Origin: Candidatus Omnitrophota bacterium
Lineage (GTDB): Bacteria; Omnitrophota; Gorgyraeia; Tantalellales; Tantalellaceae
Reading direction: 5' to 3'
Length of the DNA stretch: 64,000 nucleotides
NCBI GenBank assembly: GCA_015231405.1
Contig: JADGBR010000001.1
Span: 155,964-219,963, forward strand
The translations under genes and the position numbers were made by a program. Shown here one piece after another: positions 38,111-46,109 of the stretch (position 1 is the stretch's first letter; every line of letters begins with the position of its first letter). The notes under the pieces were generated by a model. It saw nothing but the letters and a program-made list of their open reading frames with translations. It was not told the DNA's origin and ran no database searches.

Positions 38111-40834
38111 ATGTTAATACGAGACAAAGTGACCATGCTTTTTCTAGGCTTATTTTTGGGCTGTGCCGATCTTCACTCTGCGGAAATGGCAGACGATACG
38201 AAGATGGATATGGGACAGGTATCGAGGTCCATTTATGAAGATGTCAAAAAAGAGATAGAAAAAGAATCGGCACAAGGATATAGCGATATCTCCTCTTATA
38301 TCGATGCCGGACTACTATACAGGGAAGAAGGTGAGATCGGGAAAGCCGCTGAAGCCTTTGATAAAGCAAAAAGCGTTAACCCTTTAGATCCGAGGTCATA
38401 TTACTTCAAGATGGTCGTTTCCGGGGAAAAGGAAAAATATAATAATATGATCGAGGGCTTATCCGATAGAATAGATAAAGAGCCTGTTAATGCTGACCTA
38501 TATGTTGAGAGGGGTGTCTTATATGGATTGAACGGGTTAAAGGGGAATGCACTGGAGGATTTTAAAAAGGCGATCGAGATAGATAACACCCATGCCGATG
38601 CGTTTATGCAAAGGGGTATATGTCATGCCCGGCTGGGTGACTATAAACAAGCGCTTAAAGACCTCGATATGAGCATTAACTTGGACCCGGGTAAAACGGC
38701 CTATTATTTGTATCGTGGTTTTACAAAGGAAGAATTAGGGGATCATGACGGGGCTATCGGTGATTATTCCAGGGGCATAGAGATCGATCCGGATCTGCCT
38801 TATATATATGTGGATAGGGCGATTGTATACGGGAAGAAAGGTCAATATCAGGAATCCCTGAGAGATCTCGCGATAAGCAGGAAGCTTGATCCGGAAAATG
38901 TCTTTACATTGCTAACTTACGGCGTGATTCTGCTTGTTAAAAAAGACTATGCGGACGCACTCCCTGTTTTTAATGAAATTCTTGAAAAGGCTCCGGGATA
39001 TGATCTGGCTTACTATCATCGGGGGGCGGTTTATTCCTTCCTCGGTGAATACGGTAAGGCAATGGATGATTTCAGCAGATCATTGGAACTAGTACCCATG
39101 ATCGATGATACAAAAAAGTTCCGTTCAATTGTCCGCAATGCGAGAGGTTCCCTGTATGAATTGCAAGGTGAAATTGACAAGGCGGTTATTGACTATACAG
39201 AAGCCGAAGAGTTATGGCCTCGAGCCCCAAAACGAATGTTGACCATAGGGATAATAAACGACAATACATACAAATTTGAACTTGCCTTATCTGAAGTCAA
39301 CAACAGAATATATGAGGATCCCCAGAATCCGGCGCATTATATTTTTAAAGCGATATTGTATCTTGATACGGGCAATGCCGAAGAGGCCTTGACGCAGCTT
39401 GGCAATGCGGCGCAATTAATTTCGAAAGACCCTGTCCTTTATTATCTGCGATCGCGCGCATATGCAATGATGAACGATATGGGTAACGCCATTTCAGTTT
39501 TACAGGAAGCTGTCGGGTTTTTTCCGAAACACCCGTTACTACGAACAACGCTGGGCGCCGCTTATGCAGTAGCGAGGCAACCTAAAAAGGCATTAGCGGA
39601 ATTCGGCAAGGCGATTGAACTGGACGCTGAACTTGTTTGGGCATATTTTGAGAGAGGGACATTATATCTTGAGTTGAGCAGGCATGATGAAGGTATGGAT
39701 GATTTTACCGAGGCGTTGAGGATCGATCCTGATTGCGCTGAAGCGCTGCTCAATAGGGGCTGTTTGTACAACAGGGTGAAGAAATACAAACTGGCCATAC
39801 AGGATCTGACACGGTATATAAGGTTGCGCCCGAAATCCGCTTATGGAGCCTACTTTAACAGAGGCAACTCCTACTGGCATCTGGGCGAAAAAGAACAGGC
39901 CCTCCGGGACTATACAAAGGCGCTTGAGTTCGATATATCCGCCGGACCTGACGATACATATGTTAAAACCCTCCAAAATAGAGGTGTGTTATACAATGAG
40001 ATCGGGCAGCCGGAAAAAGGACTAGCGGACCTGAATAAGGCTATCAGCGCGTCGCCGGGCAACAAGCATCTATATCTCAATAGGGGGAATAGTTTTCAAG
40101 GTTTGGGCCGAATGGAAGAGGCATTGAAAGATCTTACAAAAGCTATTGAGTTGGATCCGGAGTTCGGCGAGGCGTATGGGAATAGGGGTATTGTTTATGA
40201 TCATTTGGGGCAGGCGAAAAAAGCTTTGGCTGATTACGAAAAGGCGTTAGGGTTTACTCCTGATAAAGGGAAAGTCTACTATAATGTCGCGTTAGTATAT
40301 GCTAATTCAGGGGATAATCAAAAAGCGATCGATCTTTATACGAAAGCTCTCGAGGCGGACCCCCCTTTCATCGACGCCTATATCAACAGGGGTGTCGGAT
40401 ACAGGATGATAGGGCAAATAGATAAGGCATTCGATGATTTTAATAAAGCGATACTATTGTCACCTGAAAGGCCGGAGTACTATTATAGCCGAGGGTCAGA
40501 ATACTGTGGTATCGGGGAGATAGACAAAGGGATGCGGGACCTTGCCAAAGCAATCGAGCTCAAACCCGACTATTTTGAGGCCTATTATAACCGGGCAAGT
40601 TACTGTTTTGATCTAGGTGAATATGGGCAAGCGATCCGGGACACCGATAAAGCGATCAGTATAGCCCCTCAATTGGGTGTCGCGTATGATCTGAAAGGAA
40701 AAGCTTTGGAAAAGCTGGGGAAGGACAAAGAGGCTCTCTCAGTTTACAAGTCGTTCCTGAATAATGTGAAAGACCTGGATGAAGAGGACAAGCGGAATAT
40801 CAGAGCATGGATCAAACGTCTTGAGAATAAGTGA
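38111..40834 (+). CDS. Exported long tetratricopeptide-repeat protein
   Basis: Hydrophobic N-terminus and roughly 20 TPR units (AYxNRG...A..D..KAI.L.P). Confidence 0.92.
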   Translation: MLIRDKVTMLFLGLFLGCADLHSAEMADDTKMDMGQVSRSIYEDVKKEIEKESAQGYSDISSYIDAGLLYREEGEIGKAAEAFDKAKSVNPLDPRSYYFKMVVSGEKEKYNNMIEGLSDRIDKEPVNADLYVERGVLYGLNGLKGNALEDFKKAIEIDNTHADAFMQRGICHARLGDYKQALKDLDMSINLDPGKTAYYLYRGFTKEELGDHDGAIGDYSRGIEIDPDLPYIYVDRAIVYGKKGQYQESLRDLAISRKLDPENVFTLLTYGVILLVKKDYADALPVFNEILEKAPGYDLAYYHRGAVYSFLGEYGKAMDDFSRSLELVPMIDDTKKFRSIVRNARGSLYELQGEIDKAVIDYTEAEELWPRAPKRMLTIGIINDNTYKFELALSEVNNRIYEDPQNPAHYIFKAILYLDTGNAEEALTQLGNAAQLISKDPVLYYLRSRAYAMMNDMGNAISVLQEAVGFFPKHPLLRTTLGAAYAVARQPKKALAEFGKAIELDAELVWAYFERGTLYLELSRHDEGMDDFTEALRIDPDCAEALLNRGCLYNRVKKYKLAIQDLTRYIRLRPKSAYGAYFNRGNSYWHLGEKEQALRDYTKALEFDISAGPDDTYVKTLQNRGVLYNEIGQPEKGLADLNKAISASPGNKHLYLNRGNSFQGLGRMEEALKDLTKAIELDPEFGEAYGNRGIVYDHLGQAKKALADYEKALGFTPDKGKVYYNVALVYANSGDNQKAIDLYTKALEADPPFIDAYINRGVGYRMIGQIDKAFDDFNKAILLSPERPEYYYSRGSEYCGIGEIDKGMRDLAKAIELKPDYFEAYYNRASYCFDLGEYGQAIRDTDKAISIAPQLGVAYDLKGKALEKLGKDKEALSVYKSFLNNVKDLDEEDKRNIRAWIKRLENK

Positions 40835-40847
40835 TGGAGTGCGGCCG

Positions 40848-40923
40848 AGCGTAAATATTCCCAAAAAAATGAAAGATCTTTCATATTGAAGAAATGAATC
40901 CGGTGTGCGAAAATTACGAACGA
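40848..40923 (+). repeat. Direct repeat copy B flanking TPR gene
   Basis: Diverged copy of 37923-37999 ending 1 nt before ATG 40925. Confidence 0.9.
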
Positions 40924-40924
40924 T

Positions 40925-41326
40925 ATGATACCGTTAAAGGAAAAAAATATTTGGATCTATGTTTTCATATTGGTCTGGGCCTCAATATGGGGGCGTAACC
41001 TTTTTGTGGATATCAAAAAGGATTGGCCGGATACGAAAAAACTTTTCGGACGTCCAGTCGAGGACAAGTGGGAATATGTTTTCGGCGGTGACTTATATCT
41101 CTTCCTGCAAAACGTAAAAAAGAACGTTCCAGAGGATTCATCCTTCACTCTGATAGACGGGCTCGAACATTTTAAACGGGTAAGGGCCGAGTATTACCTT
41201 TATCCGAGAACGGTAAGTCCCGTTGCCGGATATATATGCGTTTACGGCAGGGAATATACAGTAGAAGAGGGGTGGAAAACTCTTTATAACCGCGACCGAA
41301 AGATGATATTAAGGAAAATGACGTGA
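40925..41326 (+). CDS. Membrane-anchored hypothetical protein
   Basis: N-terminal TM, 'YYLYPR' motif; overlaps the start of the downstream GT-C-like gene. Confidence 0.7.
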   Translation: MIPLKEKNIWIYVFILVWASIWGRNLFVDIKKDWPDTKKLFGRPVEDKWEYVFGGDLYLFLQNVKKNVPEDSSFTLIDGLEHFKRVRAEYYLYPRTVSPVAGYICVYGREYTVEEGWKTLYNRDRKMILRKMT

Positions 41327-42726
41327 CTCTGATAAAAGTCCTGTTGGCTTTGTATCTGGCCCTGGTATCCGGTTACAGTATTCTGGCGATCTTCAGGAAA
41401 AGGCGGATATTTTCTTCGATATCGGGGGCCGCGTTAGCGTTCGGTCTCGGTATAGGGGCAGTTTCCGTCATACAGGTCATGTTTCTCTCCTTGTCCATTA
41501 AGATCACTCCGCTAACCATGATAGCGGCTTTTTTTGTTGTTTCGTTATCTACATTGCCGATCACGTTGAAAGAAAGAAAGCTCCCGGGGGAGAAGGAGAG
41601 ATCCCGAAAACCCGGAATTTTGCCTTTGATCATCGCACTCTTACTCGCCGTACAATTGGTTTGGATAATAATAAAGACATTTAATTATCCGATAATCGAT
41701 GATGACGGGGTATGGCAATGGGGATTGAAAGCAAAAATAATATACTATTCGAACGAGAGGGGCGAAAGCCTTAAAGAGATAGCGCCGAAAATGAGCTTAA
41801 CTTCTAATGGTAACCATCCATTGCTTATACCCCTCGCCGAACATTACGTCAATGTGTTCGCGGGGGAGTGGAACGACCTCTATTTTAAGGCCATCTTCCC
41901 TCTGTTCTATTTAGCCCTTCTCGGGATATTTTACGGTTATTTGAGGAGGTTTACAGGGGTTAATTACGCGTCAGTATGCGCTTTTCTTCTTGCCTCATTG
42001 CCGTTCATGGCGAAACTCGCTACATGGGGAGTTCCGGACATAGCTCTTGCTTATTACCATTTTGCGGGTTTTGTTCTCATTCTTCTATGGATGAAGGACA
42101 GGGATACGGGGCTTTTAGTTTTATCCGCTATATTTTCTGCCCTTTCAGTATGGACGAAGAACGAAGGATACCCTTCAGCTGTTATAAACGCGGCGGTTGT
42201 CATTTTGTTCCTTTTTACCGGGGGGAGGGACGTCGGAGCGGTGAAAATGAAAAAAACGGCGGTTGTATTTTTGTACACAGCGGCGGTCATGGCCGCTATA
42301 CTACTTGTATGGTGTTACCAGAAGTCCACCGGAGTGTCGGACCTCATAGTCAATGGCCGTACATTCATCCTCGAAAGGGTGAATGAAAATACAGGGAGGA
42401 TACCGTATATCTTTAATCAGTTCCAGAAACAGATGTTTGGCGCTGTGAATAAATGGGACCTAGTGGGCTACTTATTTGTGTTTTCTATCTTCTATCAACT
42501 TATAAAGAGGCAGAAGGGGCCCGAAGGATACATTTTATTCGTCATCATTTTTAAGATCGCGGTATATGCCGGCGTATATTATATTTCGCCGCTTGATGTG
42601 AAAGACCATATCGACACATCACTATACAGAATATATCTGCATATAGTTCCGTTCATCCTCTTGTATTCGGCCCTTGCTTTAAAGGATATAGCGGCCGGAC
42701 TTACTGATATTCCTCATCCTCGATAG
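41323..42726 (+). CDS. GT-C fold (PMT/ArnT-like) membrane glycosyltransferase
   Basis: More than 10 TMs; 'DDDGVWQWGLKAK', 'NHPLLIP', 'PDIALA', 'WTKNEG'. Confidence 0.7.
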   Translation: MTLIKVLLALYLALVSGYSILAIFRKRRIFSSISGAALAFGLGIGAVSVIQVMFLSLSIKITPLTMIAAFFVVSLSTLPITLKERKLPGEKERSRKPGILPLIIALLLAVQLVWIIIKTFNYPIIDDDGVWQWGLKAKIIYYSNERGESLKEIAPKMSLTSNGNHPLLIPLAEHYVNVFAGEWNDLYFKAIFPLFYLALLGIFYGYLRRFTGVNYASVCAFLLASLPFMAKLATWGVPDIALAYYHFAGFVLILLWMKDRDTGLLVLSAIFSALSVWTKNEGYPSAVINAAVVILFLFTGGRDVGAVKMKKTAVVFLYTAAVMAAILLVWCYQKSTGVSDLIVNGRTFILERVNENTGRIPYIFNQFQKQMFGAVNKWDLVGYLFVFSIFYQLIKRQKGPEGYILFVIIFKIAVYAGVYYISPLDVKDHIDTSLYRIYLHIVPFILLYSALALKDIAAGLTDIPHPR

Positions 42727-43084
42727 CGTTCCTGATATATTTAAGAATTTTGGGTTTTCCTTTTGCATCTATCAATATTCCGATAGCGTCTATCCGGCAT
42801 TGCGAATCGAACAGCTCCTTTTCGGACATGTAATATTTACAGCTGTTAATAATATGACGTTCTTTTCTTTTGTCGATAGAATGGAACGGGTCGCCATATA
42901 TGTCTGTGATCCGGGTCTTGACCTCGATAAAGACAGTGGTGTTATTCTTAGCCGCGATTATGTCTAACTCCCCATAGGGGGTCCGGAAATTTGTATCAAT
43001 TATCCGGAACCCCCTGGAGACGAGGTAGTCGCGCGCAAGCGATTCTCCGATCGCTCCTGTTTCGCAATTAGCGCGGCTGTCTAT
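42701..43084 (-). CDS. yraN: YraN (UPF0102) PD-(D/E)xK nuclease; no canonical start codon
   Basis: Translated manually: IDSRANCETGAIGESLARDYLVSRGFRIIDTNFRTPYGELDIIA...VFIEVKTR...CRIDAIGI...IRNAI. First codon is ATA, directly after the spoVG TGA; missing from the ORF track. Confidence 0.88.
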   Translation of the reverse strand: MDSRANCETGAIGESLARDYLVSRGFRIIDTNFRTPYGELDIIAAKNNTTVFIEVKTRITDIYGDPFHSIDKRKERHIINSCKYYMSEKELFDSQCRIDAIGILIDAKGKPKILKYIRNAIEDEEYQ

Positions 43085-43345
43085 TCAATTTTCGGACCCT
43101 TTGAATTCTTCCAGTACAAAAGACTGAAGCTCCTTACGCGCTTCCTGTGACAATGGGTGAAAGGTATCGTACCATTTACCGTCTTTGCCTTTTGCCTGAG
43201 GCATGGAGAGGAATAAGCCATCTTTCCCTTCAACTATCCTGAGACCCTTTACGACGTATTCGTCCATGAGCTTGATGTCGCAAAAAGCCTTGGTGCTAGC
43301 GTTGCCGTTCAATTTGTGCATCCTTTCGACCGAAACATTTTTCAT
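43085..43345 (-). CDS. spoVG: SpoVG family nucleic-acid-binding protein
   Basis: 'KAFCDI..VVKGLRIVEGKDGLFLSMP..DGKWYDTFHP..ARKEL'; AGGAGGAG SD. Confidence 0.88.
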   Translation of the reverse strand: MKNVSVERMHKLNGNASTKAFCDIKLMDEYVVKGLRIVEGKDGLFLSMPQAKGKDGKWYDTFHPLSQEARKELQSFVLEEFKGSEN

Positions 43346-43391
43346 TTCTCCTCCTTTTTTTTGAAATATTTTTCAAAACATCCTACACGTA

Positions 43392-43428
43392 TATAGACAC
43401 AGGTAACGGGAAAAATATTTCAAAAAAA
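43392..43428 (-). promoter_or_regulatory. ECF-sigma-like promoter, copy 3 (spoVG-yraN)
   Basis: Minus strand: TTTTTTT-GAAAT-ATTTTTCCCGTTACCT-GTGTCTATA (16-nt spacer). Confidence 0.72.
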
Positions 43429-43467
43429 GAAAAAATAATTAAAAAAGAGATAAAAAAGCGAGATGTG

Positions 43468-44181
43468 TTATCTTGCAGTAAAAGAGGCTATGGCGTCTTT
43501 TTGGGTGAGTAGGGTTATGCCGCTATTCTGGATATGATCGAGATGTGCCATAAAAATATCGATGTGAGTGAAAAAACCGTAAGGGGCGTCTCGATGGGCG
43601 CTTTTGGTGTTCTTGGCGGAAACAAGGTGAAATACCTCGATTAACCAGACATTTTTATCCAGGATCGAGTCAATATACCCATTCAATGTCGGTAGGTCAG
43701 TGGAGGTGGTTATGGCTGTACCTGTTATCGAGAACGGGTCATTCACAGGTAAAGGATTTACCGAAAAAGTATCAGAAGTGATCCTTGAGGATCGATAATG
43801 CTCCGAAGCCAGCCCCCTCAGTTCGGCGTTATTATTTCGCTCGATAAAAGGGAACACGAAAGATACCGGGGTTATCCCGAGACTATTTTGGAATACTACC
43901 TTAGGCGAGCTGAGCTGGTCAAGGACGGCCTGTTTCCCGCCAGTATTAAAAAGGCTTAGAAGATTTACATGCGAACCGGTATGAGCCGCAATTTCGTGTC
44001 CGTTAGATTGAAGATACAGGATATCATTTTTATCCATGACCGGACGGTTTTCAAGAATGCCGGATATGTGATCGGAAGGTATAGCGAAAGTGGCTTTGAC
44101 GCCTCTATTAATGAGATGTTCGGCTGTGTTTGAATAAGTATCTTTATACCCGTCATCAAAAGTTATGGTTAATATCGACAC
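43468..44181 (-). CDS. Polysaccharide deacetylase (CE4-like)
   Basis: 'LTITFDDG', 'GHEIAAHTGSH', 'SFVFP', 'VFH'; TGcTATAAT 6 nt upstream of the GTG start. Confidence 0.85.
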   Translation of the reverse strand: MSILTITFDDGYKDTYSNTAEHLINRGVKATFAIPSDHISGILENRPVMDKNDILYLQSNGHEIAAHTGSHVNLLSLFNTGGKQAVLDQLSSPKVVFQNSLGITPVSFVFPFIERNNNAELRGLASEHYRSSRITSDTFSVNPLPVNDPFSITGTAITTSTDLPTLNGYIDSILDKNVWLIEVFHLVSAKNTKSAHRDAPYGFFTHIDIFMAHLDHIQNSGITLLTQKDAIASFTAR

Positions 44182-44354
44182 GCCAGCATTATAGCAGAAG
44201 ATTTAAACAATAAAGTTAATTATTTATTGGTTATTAATTCCGTAGGTGTGAGGCCGTAAATACGGTTTTTAAAACGCCACTTTTATACTATAATACCATT
44301 CGACCTTCGACCATCCGCCTTCAACCTTTAAACGATCGAAGGGCAGTTGATTTT

Positions 44355-46097
44355 ATGACAAATAAACAGATATCTGATATATTCGTACAGATCGCCGATA
44401 TTCTCGAGATCAAGGGGGAGAATATATTCAGGGTTCGCGCTTATCGGCAGGCGGCGGCCAATATCCTTACTTATGCGAGGCAGGCTTCGGATATTTGCAG
44501 GGAAGATCCTGAACTTTTGCTTTTGGTCCCAGGGATAGGGAAGGACCTCAAAGAAAAAATAGTTGAGATGGTGACGACCGGCAAACTTAAAAAACTGGAC
44601 GAGCTTTCAAAGGAATTCTCACCCGGGTTCCTGGAACTTCTGAACCTGTCGGGGCTGGGGCCGAAGACGCTCAAGAAGCTGAAAGACGAACTTGGTATAG
44701 CTGACATAAATGATCTTAAAAAAGCCTGCGAGGAGGGGAAGATAGCGTCTCTGGCGGGCATGGGTGAGAAGACGGAGGAAAAGCTCCTCGAGGCTATCGA
44801 ATATCACAAAAAGACGGAAGGGAGGATGCTTTTTCAGGAGGCGTATTCTCTGTCAGGAGATGTTTTGGCTTATCTGAAAAGATCGGGATATTTCAAAAAG
44901 CTTGAGGCCGCTGGAAGTCTCCGTAGAGGCAAGGAAACCGTGGGTGATATAGATATCCTGGCCGTCTCATCGGAGAGCCAGAAAGCCATGCAATTTTTTA
45001 CCCTGTATCCGGGGATCAGGAATGTTATCTCCAAAGGGAAGAAGAAGACCAGTATAGCTCTGGAGAACGGCGTACAGATCGACCTCCGGATGATCGAAGA
45101 TAAATGTTTCGGGTCGGCACTGGTCTATTTTACGGGATCCCAGGCGCATAATATCAAACTCCGGAAAATAGCGAAGAAGGACGGCAAAAAGGTCAGCGAA
45201 TACGGAGTATTCAGGATAAACCCGGGCTCCGGGAAAGGAACGGCGATCGCTTACCGTACCGAAGAGGATGTTTATAAAAGCCTGGGTATGGCATGGATCC
45301 CGCCGGAGCTGCGTGAGGACTCCGGGGAGGTCGAGACGGCGCTGGAAGGGAAGCTGCCCGGTTCTCTTATAAAATTGACCGACATCAAAGGGGATCTCCA
45401 TGTTCACACCAACGAGACAGACGGACGGAATACCATCGAAGAAATGGCCTTAGCCGCGAAGAATAAGGGATATGAGTATATCGCTATAACCGATCATTCA
45501 AAACTTGTGGCGGTCGCTAAAGGGATGGATGAAACGCGTTTATTAAAACATATTGACCGGATAAGGGACGCGGATAATAGGATAAAAGGAATAAAGATAC
45601 TTGTTGGGGTTGAAGTTGATATCCTTAAGAACGGAGAACTTGATTTTAGCGATAGTTTCCTCAAGGAACTGGATATCGTTATCGCGGCCGTTCATTCCAA
45701 TTTCTCAATGGACATAAATACCCAGACGGACAGGATCCTTAGAGCCCTCGATAATAAATTTGTCAATATACTCGCCCATCCTTCGGGTCGGCTCATAACG
45801 AAGAGGAGCCCGCTGGAACTGGATATGGATACGGTTTTCAGGAGGGCTAAAGAGAACGGCGTTATTCTCGAGGTTAACACGCACGGGGAGCGGGTAGACC
45901 TTTCCGATGTCAACTCGAGGCGGGCTGCTGGGATCGGCGTGAAACTTGCTATAAATACCGATTCACACGGGGTTGAACAACTGGACCAGATGATGTTCGG
46001 CGTGATATCCGCCCGAAGGGGCTGGATCAAGAGGGAAGATGTCGTCAATACTCTCCCATTGCCTCGGATGCTCGCCATTTTAAGGAAAAAGGGTTAA
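44355..46097 (+). CDS. polX: DNA polymerase X / PHP exonuclease
   Basis: 'FRVRAY', HhH 'PGIGK', 'AGSLRRGKETVGDIDIL', 'YFTGS', PHP 'GDLHVHT..TDG', 'AITDHS', 'AHPSGR', 'NTDSH'. Confidence 0.95.
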   Translation: MTNKQISDIFVQIADILEIKGENIFRVRAYRQAAANILTYARQASDICREDPELLLLVPGIGKDLKEKIVEMVTTGKLKKLDELSKEFSPGFLELLNLSGLGPKTLKKLKDELGIADINDLKKACEEGKIASLAGMGEKTEEKLLEAIEYHKKTEGRMLFQEAYSLSGDVLAYLKRSGYFKKLEAAGSLRRGKETVGDIDILAVSSESQKAMQFFTLYPGIRNVISKGKKKTSIALENGVQIDLRMIEDKCFGSALVYFTGSQAHNIKLRKIAKKDGKKVSEYGVFRINPGSGKGTAIAYRTEEDVYKSLGMAWIPPELREDSGEVETALEGKLPGSLIKLTDIKGDLHVHTNETDGRNTIEEMALAAKNKGYEYIAITDHSKLVAVAKGMDETRLLKHIDRIRDADNRIKGIKILVGVEVDILKNGELDFSDSFLKELDIVIAAVHSNFSMDINTQTDRILRALDNKFVNILAHPSGRLITKRSPLELDMDTVFRRAKENGVILEVNTHGERVDLSDVNSRRAAGIGVKLAINTDSHGVEQLDQMMFGVISARRGWIKREDVVNTLPLPRMLAILRKKG

Positions 46098-46109
46098 AAA
46101 GGGTCATAG

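Noticed and set aside
23843-40923. Giant gene/comM/TPR region as a prophage or integrative element
   Set aside because: No integrase, transposase, phage or conjugation genes; comM is intact; no att-like pair around the giant gene was seen.
43332-43345. GAAACATTTT on the + strand resembling the -35 of the shared motif
   Set aside because: It lies within the first codons of spoVG (MKNVS) and has no GTGTC 16 nt downstream.
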